Assembly: GCA_002269645.1 (NCBI GenBank) | Contig: NIVC01001167.1 | Location: 62,001-126,000, forward strand | Direction: 5' to 3' | DNA length: 64,000 nucleotides | Origin: Macrostomum lignano | Taxonomy: Eukaryota | Part shown: positions 35,101 through 55,008 of the stretch, one piece after another | How positions within the stretch are numbered: position 1 is the first letter of the stretch | How the letters are laid out: each line of letters begins with the position of its first letter | Made by a program: the position numbers and the translations under genes | Notes under the pieces: generated by a model | What the model saw: the letters and a program-made list of their open reading frames with translations, nothing else | Databases searched by the model: none | Told to the model about the DNA's origin: nothing

Positions 35101-38100
35101 AAATGGACTGACAATGTCCAATTGCTAAAAAAATGCGAAGAAAAGTACATTTATAAAGAAATCAATTCAAAAAAGATTTTAATCTACAATTATATTATGT
35201 CTATATAAATTTCAATTCATTAATAACATTCTTTAAAGCATGTTGAACAACTTAAATCATTAAGAATTTTTTGATAGCAATTTTAAAAACTATTCAATTT
35301 TATATCAATGCTGCCACATCAATATTATTCATAATCTACGAGGGGTGTCCAAAAAGTAGTCATACTTTTAACTGTAGCTCTCGTTCTATAGCTTCCTGTG
35401 ATTTAAAATTTTATGAACTGATAGCAGCAAATCTCTTCTACAGACTGCTTTTTGAATTTTTTAAATTGATACCAGAGAACAAAAGTTATACCCACAAAAG
35501 TAACAGTACCTGTATCACAGAGTTACACAAATTATAGGCTGAGCTTCACGAGATCCATGCCGAGTAAGCTTCAATGAACTGTTGATTTCGGCTTGTCCAA
35601 CCTGTCAGCAATCTCTCTAATGGTCATTCGGGAGTCCTCGTCAAGAAGATTCAGAATGGAGTCCGTCAGTACATCAGGTCGATGAATGTATGGCCGCCCC
35701 GTCCGATGCTGATCTGCCAAGTCAATCCTTCCCTTGCTGAACTGCTCCATCCATCGATAAACTGTCATTTTGCTGACCACAGAGGATCCATGCGCAGAGC
35801 AAAGTTTTGCGTGAATTTCTGAGGCACCATGGCCAGCGCCCCAAAGAGTGAAGATAGTACTTTGCTGAGCAACAACTGAGTGCACATCCATGTGTGTTGT
35901 CGAGTATGGGCAATGAAATCAATTGCAAAATGCAAGCTCCTCTGTTTGCAAGTAAAGTAATGAATTTAATGCTTTATTTTTCTGCGCATGATTCTGTCCA
36001 TAGACAAATTTCAGTCAGTCACAGTGAGCATAATTTTGCAATTGGGCTTTGGTATTGCTTAAACAAGACATTTATCGATGCCTTCTTAATGAGTGAGTGC
36101 AGAAGTCGACTATCATAAATTTTGATATAGTTTGTGTAACTCTATGGTACAGGTACTGTTACTTTTGTGGGTATAACTTTTGTTCTCTGGTATCAATTTT
36201 AAAAATTCAAAAAGCAGTCTGTAGAAGAGATTTGCCACTATCAGTTCATAAAATTTTAAATCACAGGAAGCTATAGAAGGAGAGCTATGGTTAAAAGTAT
36301 CACTACATTTTGGACACCCCTCGTACCATTCCAGATTGCAGACTACAAAATTTGAGGGCCACATTGACCGATGACTATACTCTACAATTGTTAGAGCACC
36401 AAGAGGCCGTTCTCCCTACGTCAACCAAGATTAACCAAGACCCACTAAAACACTAGTTATGGCAAGCTTGTTTTACAAAAACCCACCATTCTGGGTAGTT
36501 CAAGGCACAGAAACTAACAATAGACAATGCTATACAATATCTGTAAGGAGAATTGCGAACCGTCACCAGCACCTACACAGCAATTGGCGAAAGTGTTGGT
36601 GAACTTATCATCCCACAACACACGACACACAAAACCTCAGCTGCTACAGGCGGAACTATTTAAGGGCCCATTTGATAACAAGGAGGCTGCATCTCGCACT
36701 ATGCAGTGTTGTCAATTACCAGACGAAACTTATTGCATTGACTTGGATTGCAATAGTTGCAGCGTGCTGCACCAAAAGATGGCCATTATCGAGGAGCAGA
36801 TGGACAGGCTCAAAAATGAGCTTCAAAGTGCCAAAGTGGCAACGTCTGAAAGGCACGACTTGCTACTGAAGGAGGTGGATGTGCACAAGTCAATGCAGAG
36901 GCGCTTGGAGGTGGCTAATGCTGAGATAGATGACCTGCACCAAGAAATTGGTCATCTCAGAACAACTGGCGAATCATCCAAATTTCAATCCAATGTTATT
37001 CGAATTATGCAAGACTTTGCCACTCAAAGCCTTGCAACAAGCCAAATCCCAGCTTCTTCTTCTTCTTTTTCAAGGCACCTCCGTGTGCGGACTGGCCAAT
37101 CTGGAGGGGGCAGTGGCCCCATGCTGCGAATGAGCTTTGGTAGCTCCTGCTATTTACGCTTCCCCATCGACCGAGGTCATATCCAAGATTCTGGGAAAAG
37201 ACCAATGAATGCCGCTTCTGGTGTCCGCCCCAAACGTGACTATTACAAGAGAGCAGAAGGCAGCTATTGAGCATGCGGTTGCTGAACTCCGTTGCAAGCC
37301 AGGTGACAAGCAGTTGCGAAAGCTCACTAGACTCCTCATTTGTTCCCTTTTTTCGACCTCGGAATTGTGTGTGACTACCGTGTCTGGCATGGCCAAGAAG
37401 CAGCAAATTTGTATGCCAGCAAATTGTCATATTGTGAGGACAATTACTCAGTTCCTCACAGCTGCTTCTCCTAATCCTCTACCAGATGGTCTTTTCTGCA
37501 ATTCATTCAAATATTGCTCATTGGATGCCCTCCAAAAAAAGAAAAGGATCAATTCTAGTACGCTAAGAAGTGGCAGGACCGATCAATCCTCTTCAACTGA
37601 CAAGATGAGTGTGCTAAGTGGTGGCGGGACCAATCAGTCTTCCTCAACCGAGACGAGTGCGCTAAGAAGCAGTGGGACTGATCAGTCCTCCTCAACCGAG
37701 ACGAGTGCGCTAAGAAGCGGCGGGACTGATCAGTCCTCCTCAACTGAGACAAGTGTGCTAAGAAGCGGCAGGACTGATCAGTCCTCCTCAACTGACGAGA
37801 CGAATGCAATAAGTGGCGGCAGGACAATAAAAAAGGGAGAAGCAAACAAAGCAGCAACCTTTTCAGAGCTCAAAGAGATCAAAGAGAAATGTTTGCAAAA
37901 CCTAGACAGTTTTTTTTGTAATATTCCCCCAGTTTGTATACTCGTATGCTGCTGCTAATAAGCATTACGGCTATTTGTTTTCAACTAATTGCAACTGTGT
38001 CAAACATGTGCCAGGATTAGTATATGGGAATCAAAATATTTTTTTTAATTGTTAAATGAATTGCTGTTCCATTGTTGAAACTGTTTAAATTCAACTAGAT

Positions 38101-39195
38101 TACCTTTGCCTTACATTTTTTGCTCCATGTTAACTTTTGTTTGAATTTAATTTAGATGACATTGTTGTTCTTTCTCTTCATCAATACTCACACTGCATTT
38201 ACTATGTATAGTGTGCTTTTGGTAATCTTTTTATGTTTTTTCACTGTTACATTAAGTTGTTATATTGCAATCTCATACTACTGTTTCCTTCTTTTTTCAC
38301 TACTAACAAACTACTAGCCAATCAGCATCTTTTGCATTTACAGTGTTATAAATATACACCTAACAAACTATTTCTCCCATTTTGTTACCCAGATCCACTA
38401 CCAAACTCAAAACTCTTAAGAGAATTTTACCTTAACTTCTATTTGCTTTTAATCAGAAGTGAATAATTATTACAATGGGAAATTGTCAGCCTAAGCAATT
38501 TTCTTACAATAGGCAAATTAAACCATTGCATCAATGGCAACTTTTGGTAACTTTTAGGAGCTTCTCACCAGAAGTGAATGGAAACATCAATGGCAACTTT
38601 TGGGAACTTTTGGGAACTCCTTATCCCTATACATGTAAAATTGAAATGGTAACTTTTGGTAACTTTTCTGCAAAAGTTACCATATTCCGGCCCTCTGATT
38701 GGCTATATGTGTAAATGTTTCCTAATGCGTACACCTTCTGATTGACTGTGAGAATGGTAACTTTTTGGTAACCCCTCTCCTCTCATTGCAACTCTGTAGT
38801 GTAAGTGCTCTGTTAGACTATAATCTACTGTTAATTTTTATATACATTTCTGACTTTCATCAACCCATTCTTAGTCTTAATTGTTAAATATAAATGAACA
38901 AATAAATTGTTACTTATTTTAAGAGCCTGATGATGCCTGATGCAAGGCAAAACATGTCGCATAAAAAATGATAGTGCTCACCTTCTTAATTCTAGATTTT
39001 TATTTAATTTAATCTCTACGCTGAAAATCTATTGTCAAAGTCATATAAAAATTATAAAACATTAATCAAGCATGATATAGCCATCGGCATTAGACATTAG
39101 GAACTTACAACTGCTAAAGTAGTCAACAGGCATGCTGTAGTATACCCTCTAGTAAAGACAGGGATTTGAAGGTACTCTTGCAAAATATTATTCAT
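32114..39195 (-). CDS. DERL2: Derlin-2/3 (ERAD component), 234 aa; exons 39195-39109, 35124-35059, 34965-34798, 34439-34244, 33564-33474, 32210-32114
   Basis: [29 protein letters not shown]|[14 protein letters not shown]...|[12 protein letters not shown]...[15 protein letters not shown]...|...[16 protein letters not shown]...APYLPWVL...G|[15 protein letters not shown]...|...[20 protein letters not shown]. All GT-AG, phases consistent, 705 nt. Confidence 0.96.
32268..33432. repeat. 24/18-bp minisatellite (gtgacccatgctgtcaccgtgact) filling Derlin intron 5
   Basis: Homogeneous 24-mers grading into 18/24-bp variants. Confidence 0.95.
33700..33998. mobile_element. 299-bp hAT-type MITE; TIR CATACATGCGCAAC, 8-bp TSD ATCTATAG
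   Basis: Perfect 14-bp TIRs at 33700-33713 and 33985-33998; identical flanks at 33692-33699 and 33999-34006; subterminal tcggtcggcc and tgcgact repeats. Confidence 0.88.
33828..33891 (+). other. Degenerate 28S rRNA fragment (helix 68-71 region, R2/Pokey/I-PpoI target) inside the MITE
   Basis: About 56 of 65 aligned positions match the recalled GGGTAAACGGCGGGAGTAACTATGACTCTCTTAAGGTAGCCAAATGCCTCGTCATCTAATTAGT. Confidence 0.88.
34636..34660 (+). other. Histone-3'-stem-loop-like element aaaac-GACCCT-TTTA-AGGGCC-acca; further copies at 34464-34480 (partial) and 34753-34774
   Basis: Full 5' AAAAC and 3' ACCA flanks, one stem mismatch; antisense within Derlin introns. Confidence 0.55.
35339..36323 (-). 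mobile_element. 985-bp internally deleted mariner-like element; ~198-bp TIRs, TA TSD
   Basis: TA|CGAGGGGTGTCCAAAA...TTTTGGACACCCCTCG|TA; TIR similarity spans 35339-35536 versus 36126-36323. Confidence 0.93.
35571..35891 (-). pseudogene. Truncated mariner transposase (N-terminal paired HTH only, 106 aa)
   Basis: ASEIHAKL...[25 protein letters not shown]...[10 protein letters not shown]...STVH*; no DD34D domain. Confidence 0.88.
36527..37270 (+). CDS. Intronless coiled-coil ORF (247 aa), probable N-terminal half of a BEN-domain protein
   Basis: Heptad segment [23 protein letters not shown]...[18 protein letters not shown]; overlaps the next ORF by 62 nt in a shifted frame. Confidence 0.5.
   Translation: MLYNICKENCEPSPAPTQQLAKVLVNLSSHNTRHTKPQLLQAELFKGPFDNKEAASRTMQCCQLPDETYCIDLDCNSCSVLHQKMAIIEEQMDRLKNELQSAKVATSERHDLLLKEVDVHKSMQRRLEVANAEIDDLHQEIGHLRTTGESSKFQSNVIRIMQDFATQSLATSQIPASSSSFSRHLRVRTGQSGGGSGPMLRMSFGSSCYLRFPIDRGHIQDSGKRPMNAASGVRPKRDYYKRAEGSY
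37209..37958 (+). CDS. BEN-domain ORF (249 aa) with ~5 copies of an [16 protein letters not shown] repeat
   Basis: [13 protein letters not shown]...[22 protein letters not shown] aligns by eye with recalled NAC1-type BEN LVTGTNVYITRAQ...[22 protein letters not shown]. Confidence 0.68.
   Translation: MPLLVSAPNVTITREQKAAIEHAVAELRCKPGDKQLRKLTRLLICSLFSTSELCVTTVSGMAKKQQICMPANCHIVRTITQFLTAASPNPLPDGLFCNSFKYCSLDALQKKKRINSSTLRSGRTDQSSSTDKMSVLSGGGTNQSSSTETSALRSSGTDQSSSTETSALRSGGTDQSSSTETSVLRSGRTDQSSSTDETNAISGGRTIKKGEANKAATFSELKEIKEKCLQNLDSFFCNIPPVCILVCCC
38480..38990 (+). mobile_element. Penelope-like pseudo-LTR remnant
   Basis: Four atgg(c/t)aactttt(t)gg motifs, two ctgattg boxes, AT-rich tract and a terminal hammerhead-like motif. 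Confidence 0.45.
38925..38960 (+). ncRNA. Degenerate minimal type-I hammerhead ribozyme motif
   Basis: gc-CTGATGA-t-GCCT-gatgca-AGGC-AAAAC-ATGT-C-gc; G12 appears as A; palindromic ACATGT stem III. Confidence 0.55.
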
Positions 39196-40711
39196 TGCAA
39201 GAATATTGTTTAATATTTTAACTGTAGAGCGGTGGTTGCGTGCCAACTGAGCTTTGTTGACGTTGCAAATGCTGGTGTACTGTTATGTAAGTATGCAGTA
39301 ATGCAGTGTCTTATGTCGTATGAATTGTCAAGAAAACGGTCTCCTAAGTTTTGACTCTAGAAGGATAACATATTTAGAACAAAATAAAAAAATACTTTTT
39401 AAACTGAGATGATAGGTATATTATTAAAGTTGTGTTGAAACGGAACAGTCTGACTCGAACAAGACGTGTGTACCATTTGCATTTAGTTCTGTTGGTTTCG
39501 TTTCTTATAAAAGGAGCAGTTTGAAATCCTAGCGACACGTAACACAACGCTTAAAAACAGGTATTAATACAAAAATAATACGTAGCAGCAAGCAAGCACA
39601 CAGTCACTTTCATAGTGACAAAAATTGCTTCGAGCAGTTTTTGATGAGAAAGAAATTAATTTGCAAAAGTGAATTGTTGAGTTGATTCATAACTGACATT
39701 TAATTTTGCTGTTTCAAGGATCATGAAGATTTATATTTAGACCAATAAATAAATGCATATTGAATTATTATTTACATGTGCATTTAAATTATGCACCGAA
39801 GCTCAAATATTAAGGACCTCTTAGGTTTTTTCATTTCAATCTTACTCTCAAAGCCCGATGAGGTGGAATCAGAATCGGTGGGGAGTAAAATGTGGAATAA
39901 TTTTGCAGTAATATGATTAACAAAATGTTGCAACAAAATGTTCATCTTTCATACATTTTTTCTAAGCTGAAAGCCGCAACTTTTTCCGAGTTTCTTTTTA
40001 CACAAAATGTACATGACTTGTATTCCATTTATTAATCACATGATATCTACCTATCTGTCCTTCATTCAAGGCAAATATTTCAGTTATCAGTGAATTACTA
40101 TCACGTTTAAATAATGGTCTCAGAGACTACTCGAGAATAAATCCTAACGGTCCTGTCAGTATCAGTGTTATTTTTTGATTGGCTGTGATTTTCGTAGGCG
40201 ATGTTAGCTACATAAACATGTGACATGTCGTGTGTACGTTACATGTACTGTAGAATATATGCAAGGTAAGTAGCTGGTCTCACTCGCCAATCTAATTTTT
40301 AGATAGATTCACTTTTTTGATAATTCAGTGATAGCTGCAGGTTTAGTAAAAAATATTATTTGCACAGTTTTGTGTTTAAAGAGAAACAAGAGATTACAAA
40401 GTGTGCAATGTTTGTTTTTCGCACTTGTACGACGTAATATGCGATTTTTTTAAATTATGAAATATTTTTGTTACGCGCCGTATACTATATTATACGACGT
40501 TACGTTACGCAGTGTAGGCTACTATACTGTTTAGTAGCTGATCGCTGCCATTAACTTGGAGTCCACCGGAAGAAGCTCGGATATGTGATTCAAAGTTAAA
40601 TTCAGTGATCAATGATTAGTGCTAAAATTGAAATTTTATATTTTTACCACTTGACTTAGTTGACTTTGACTTGTGCTTGTCTATTGTCTTTTAGATTTAT
40701 TAGAATCTAGG

Positions 40712-42218
40712 TAGGGATGCCAGAAACTAGCCTATGCCTTTTTGAGAACCAGTTAACCAGTTTGAAAAGCATCTTTTTTTAAGAAAACTAGTTTAAGTGT
40801 CAATTTTTTAAAGAACAAAATAAGCATAGAACTTACAATTAAATAGGCCTACTAGGCCTACAAAAAATGTCTTTTAATGATATTTGTTTGTTGCTAAAGC
40901 ATGTCCTTTTTGGTATAGAACCAAGACCGCCACACACCAAGACTGCCATACTTGAGGAGCTAGGGGAGAAATTTGGCTCAATGTGTTATTAAATGGTGCT
41001 AAAGAAGAGATAAGTAGGTAAGAGAGCCAGTAACATAAGGCTGCACAAGAGACGAACCTATGAGAGGAATAGCAATGAATTCCAAAAAATTGGTAGCTCC
41101 CTTTCAATACCAATAGCCAATAATAGCTGTGGTGGTCTTAGGCCTAGTCATACGCTCATTTTTCTTAACTTTAATCTAAACTAACTAGGCCGGTAGGCCC
41201 TAACCTAATAATTATATTATCAATTTGTGAATAGGCCTAATATGATTATGCAAACTTTTATTACAACTTCAAATGATTAACCTAAAGTTTTAAGTTTGAC
41301 AGAGTTAAAAACAAAGTTTTGAGATTGAGTTTATTAATAAGCTTTTTATAATATTTACATTTATGTCATTTTCTTTATCCCCTTGAATCTGCCACTCTGC
41401 CCCATTGAGTCTGCCTCTCTGCTTCTTTGAATCTATCTCCAAGATGGAATTCTTACACAAAAGTTGTTAATGTTACGCATTTGTACATGCTTGTTAAATT
41501 TGTACATGCCTACTTGCTGAAAAAGGGCCTACTTGTAACTTGTGCACTTTCAAAGAAGATGTGTGCTACTCAATTAAAGTAAAAAGCAAAAAGCAAAAAG
41601 CTGTTTGTAGCAAAATCATAGATAGGATGACTTATATACATATTACATGGTTATATGGCAAATGCACACTCAAGTTCTCCTATTTTTTTAGTCCAAAAGG
41701 TTGTTTTTATTCTAGAAAATTTTAAAACAAAAGTAAAACAAAGAATAATAGTTTTTTGCAAAAACAGTTACTTAAAATTTTAATAAAACTCATAATTTTT
41801 AAAGAATATTTTCTCTAAAAATGTAGCATTCAAGCTAATTTACGCTTGGAGTACAATTTTTTTAATTTACATCAACATAGAATTGAAAAACTAGAAATTT
41901 AATTTTTAGCATATAGGCCATAATTGCATTATGACAAATTATTTTTATAATTTGCATGCATGTTTGCATGTTGCTCCAAAAGTGTGCACGCTTACGTGCT
42001 GCTCCAAAAACATTTGCGTGATTTTTCTTTCCCCTAGCAAGAATTCTATCCTGGTATAATAAATTATTGTTTTCATATAAAATGTACAAATTACACAAAT
42101 TATATTCCATTTTTGAATTTTAATAAGCATGTGAAAAAAACTGAAAAACTAAACCAAAAAATGGTTTTTAGCCCAAAACCATTTTTGGCAAATTAGTTAA
42201 TTGGAGTTGGCATCCCTA
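40712..42218. mobile_element. 1507-bp non-autonomous hAT-like element; TIR TAGGGATGCCA
   Basis: 11-bp TIRs at 40712 and 42208-42218; flanks aatctagg and tttctagg (6/8 TSD match); AT-rich non-coding interior. Confidence 0.6.
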
Positions 42219-43851
42219 TTTCTAGGTCTAACTTGTGGCTTTGTTGTTCTTTATACATAAAATTTATAGTTTCTTTTAGATGATAAAATTTTTATGTTTG
42301 TTTATATAGGCTAGTTCCAATATTCTTATGCCTATATCTTAGGTTTAAATTTCATTTTATTATTTTCCTTGACCTGTGACCCTTGACTTTATGGCATAAG
42401 TTGTAAACTTGATTTTATTAAAACCTTCACTTAATATTAAGTAGGGGTCAAACAAGATCTTGATTATTAAGGTCTTGGCACTTTTTTCAATCTCAATCTT
42501 GAAAAAGTAAAGTCTCAAGATTTGTGACTATATGACTATTATTGTTAACTATGATATTGTAATTTATATTTAATATAATAAAGTTACTAACAAGCTGAAT
42601 ATTATATATTATATTGTACTAATTGTTTTTCCTTGTATTGTCATCATTGACATGTATATTTGACAAGTAATAATATTAGAGCATCAGATGGTAGGTAACA
42701 ATTATTTATATGGCTCTAAATGAGCTATACAAATGAAAATAGTTCTAGCATTGTTGGAGCTAGATTTACTTTTCATACTTAACCATTTCAATTATATCAA
42801 GATATCTATTTATAAATTTTATATTTAGTGATTTAGAATATATAAGGTATAATCTATTATTGAATCTCAAAATAGAGAATAGAATTAATGATTTTGATTA
42901 TAGTCTAAACAACTTAAATCACAATATATTATACTATTTGATAGTATTTGGTAATATAAGGCTGAACTTGATGCAGTTGTGGTTGTGGATGATATGCATA
43001 ATGTTGAGATTCTTTAGAAGTGTGAAAAATGTGCTAGACAGTTTGTATTTTTAAATTTTAAATTAGGCTTCTAATATAGCTTGTTGCTTTTATGAAAAGT
43101 TAGTTTTTGCATTTCTTTGGGGTTGATATTGAATGCTCTTTTCCTAATTGCCTAATTAACTTAGTACAATTGATTACAAAGATTAGAAGAGACAATCAAT
43201 GTTTACTGCTAACCTATAATACGCAATGACAGCAATTTCAAGAATTGTGCACTTCATGTTTTTAGTTGAGACTGAACTAAAATCCTCTATGAAAGTTTCT
43301 GTACTTAGTTGTTTTTATTGATGGTTTTTAGCATTTTTATTTATAATAAATTGAAATGGTTAACTCTAATAAGTTTGTCTATGACATTGTTAAAATGTCA
43401 CTCAGAATCATATTAATGATCAACATTGAAATTTTTATAGCTAGTGTATAAAGTGCAATATATAAGTCACATAGAGCAATAATATAAGTACATAAAATTG
43501 CATAATTTGTTTTTTTCAATCCAGTCATATGAATAAACAGATACATCTGTGTCTATTTTTTGAGTGCCAGTTTGGTATATAAATATTTATGACAGTTAGG
43601 AGGGGTCTATAACATTCAGTAGCATTTTGCATAAGATATTCCAGAAATAAACACAATAAAAAAGTTAAATAAAACCAGTACTAAGATGTCAAAAGTAAAG
43701 GTTTTACAAGGTTTTAATGATATTTTGCTTGTTTTGCTGTCATTTCTGCAGTCAGTAAATCGTCTCTACTGCTACAGTGTTGCGGCTCAGTGTGGCAGTT
43801 AGCCCAATTTGAAGTGAGAAGGCAGACACAGACTTGGGCTGAGGGCAAAAG

Positions 43852-52153
<8,302 letters not shown>

Positions 52154-52768
52154 TTGCCAGCCAGTTTCAGATTGCTTATAACTGGAGTTAAAATCATAAC
52201 AATTTATTTAGAAAAATCTCTACTTGTTTTCACTAAATTTACAGCAAAAATCTCTACTACTCTACTGATTAAGCTGGAGCAGTAATATAATTGGCGCATG
52301 CTGTTAACACTATTTACTCTTCTTTTTGTCATTTTTGTCAAATGTTTTTGTCGCTTGAAGTGCAGACAATTTTTTTGGATTTTTTTAAACGGGATTACGT
52401 TCCAGTATGTTATAAGTTTGTTCGTTTGTTTAATTTTTTGGCTTCTTAATATTTTATAATTGTTTGCTTTGTTGCTTTTGTTCTGTTGAAGCTGTTTCTG
52501 TATTGTATTGCTGCTTGGTGTTGAGAATTTGTTTATTATTATAGAACCCGTGTTTGTCAACTTCCTTTTAAGAGCTGCAATTTAGGTTCTTAACTCCTAG
52601 TTTAGTATCTGTCTTAATTTAGGCTTTTTCGCACCTGGAGCTTTAAAAATTTTTGTTATTACAAGTATTTGTTTCCTAGATAAAAAGAATTAATACGCGA
52701 TAAAGTTATAACAATTTTAAATATGGTTGCTAATCTGCTGCATTTTGGCGAAAATATCCAATTTAAAT

Positions 52769-53354
52769 CATTGCTCGGCAACCATTTTACCTCAAGAGCC
52801 GGAATAGAGCTTCTGGCTGCGGGCCAGATGAGAGTGGAAAGGAGAGGGAATAGAAGATGAGGGATGAGAGAAGAGATAGAAAGAGGAGAGAAGAGGGAGA
52901 GATTAGAGAGGGGAGAGGGAAGAGATAAGAGAGGGGAGAGAGGAGAGAAGAGAGGAGAGAGGAGAGATTAGAGAGGGGAGAGGGAAGAGATAAGAGAGGG
53001 GAGAGAGGAGAAATAAGAGAGGGGAGAGAGGAGACATAAGAGAGGGGAGAGAGGAGAAATAAGAGAGGGGTGAGAGGAGAGAGGAGAGATAAGAGAGGAG
53101 AGATAAGAGAGGCGAGAGGGAAGAGAGGGAGAGAGAGAAGAGAGGGGAGAGATAAGAGAGGGAAGAGATAAGAGAGGGGAGAGGGAAGAGATAAGAGAGG
53201 AGAGAGGAGACAGAAGAGAAGAGAGAGAGCTGAGAAGAGACACAAACCTTGAGAGGGCCGGATTGCTATTGTGAAATTTCAAAGGACACAAGAGACGGAT
53301 AGAGAGGCTTCGAGGGCCGCATGTGGCCCGCGTTCCGGAGTTTGCCGACCCCTG
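52769..53354. mobile_element. hAT-Charlie-like MITE (586 bp) with an internal GA-rich expansion (52835-53235)
   Basis: Right end gggccgcatgtggcccgcg...gtttgccgacccctg; degenerate left end cattgctcggcaacc; flanks atttaaat and attaaatc. Confidence 0.55.
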
Positions 53355-53382
53355 ATTAAATCATGGAATAATGTCAGAAAGT

Positions 53383-53402
53383 AAAACGGCCCTTCAAGGG
53401 CC
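53383..53402 (+). other. Histone-3'-stem-loop-like element AAAAC-GGCCCT-TCA-AGGGCC
   Basis: Same motif as at 8696 and 34636; 3-nt loop; intergenic. Confidence 0.5.
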
Positions 53403-54904
53403 ATACACTGTAGTAGGTATATATATAAAATTTTATACTCTTCAAAAATGTGTTGCTAAGTCATTAGTGTTATCATTTACGAGTAATTGCAAAGTTGGTT
53501 GCTTGAAGACCTGATTCAAGTTTAGGTCTCGTGTTTATTCACATTATTTACCTGCATTCTGTACATTGAATTGAGTTTTTTTTAAAATAACTTCATACAC
53601 TTTGCGGCGTTTGCCTTTCCTGTCTGTTTATAATAAAATTTCTGGTTTCTGTTGCTTTGTTTATTTGTTTCGTTTATTACCTGTTGTCTGTTGTAGCCAT
53701 GAATTAAATATACATTATTATTATTATATATTAATTTCGTGCGTTTTCCACAGATTGCAGACACCACGATTTCCACTAGTTAGTTAAAATATCACAGCTT
53801 AGTAACTGTTTTCTTTCGCAATTCTCTGTGTACACCGACCAGATCGTTGTAAAGTCTGTCTTTTCCTGTGCAACACCGGAAATATCTTAAAATTGCCAAG
53901 GCAAAAAACAGTCGTTCAATATTAATATGCTTACTACTCTACTGAAGTGCTTGAGTGAGTAGTGTGCTTAGTATTCTACTGCGAATGGTTTTTCCTAACG
54001 TTTTTTCCACAGTTTTTGTCATGTTTTTCTATTGAAACTCATTTGTTTCCAAAAGGTATTGAAATAGCAAATTCACTGTTCTGCAATATTATAAATCTAT
54101 AGGAATTGAGATTTATCTGTACTGTGTATTATAAATTACTCAAAGGTGCACTAATTAAATGTGTGTTTAGCATGTACGGCGCCTGAATGTCTATTGTTAT
54201 CTAATAAAATGACGTTATTTAATGTCGCTTTCACCATTATTAATAATAGTTTAATCAAATACTTTGAAATAATATGTATTAAATATATATACTACTTGTG
54301 AAAAGCGAAATTACGTTTTGTTAATTATTAATTATTAATAATAAAGCTGCAATATTGTTGTTACAGTTTGCTATTAATTACAGCTATAATAACAAATTAA
54401 TAACATAACCAATTGTCGAAAATTGCTGCTGCCATGGTGAAGAGTTTTCTCGGCTTGTTTATTTTTTAATGCAAGATTTACTTTAAACATGCCAAAATGA
54501 GTGCCTGTGGCACCAAAATGAGCGCTGACAACACCGATTCTGAAAATAATGTACATACAGTATATGTATATGTATATGTAGAATTCTTGGCTTTGTCCCT
54601 CCCTCCACCATAAAATACGTAACCCGGTTGTCCTACTTTGATTTCTTAATCTTTTAATCATGCGATTGAGGCTAGTGAGTAGAAGGCTATACATGATTCA
54701 AGTGTGATTTTCCTGAGCTGATACTGGCATCGGCATGTAAAAAAGCACGTCTAATATGCCAGTCCGTACATCACAGTCCAATTCAAAGCTCATTGTCAGC
54801 AGTTTCTTGCTTACTTTATTATTAAAAGCCCTTTAAAATCAGGTAAGGGTACTCGTAAGATGGCTTCGTAAACCAAAATTGCGCCAACAAAGATTAGAAC
54901 TTTT

Positions 54905-55008
54905 TCAATCCCGGCCCGATTTGTCGGGATCCCGGTATTGGCAAAGTCCGGGATATCCCGATCCCGAAAATCCCGGGATTGACAAAACTCGGGATCTTGT
55001 ATTCCCTA
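54905..55008. mobile_element. Solo DNA-transposon end with multiple (a)tcccggga motifs, ending attcccta; related end at 11231-11299
   Basis: Shared subterminal motifs and a TAGGGA(A/T)T terminus on the minus strand. Confidence 0.45.

Noticed and set aside
38233-38466. 77-aa ORF as a GIY-YIG endonuclease remnant of a Penelope element
   Set aside because: Only a vague LLREFY resemblance; no GIY/YIG or RT motifs found.
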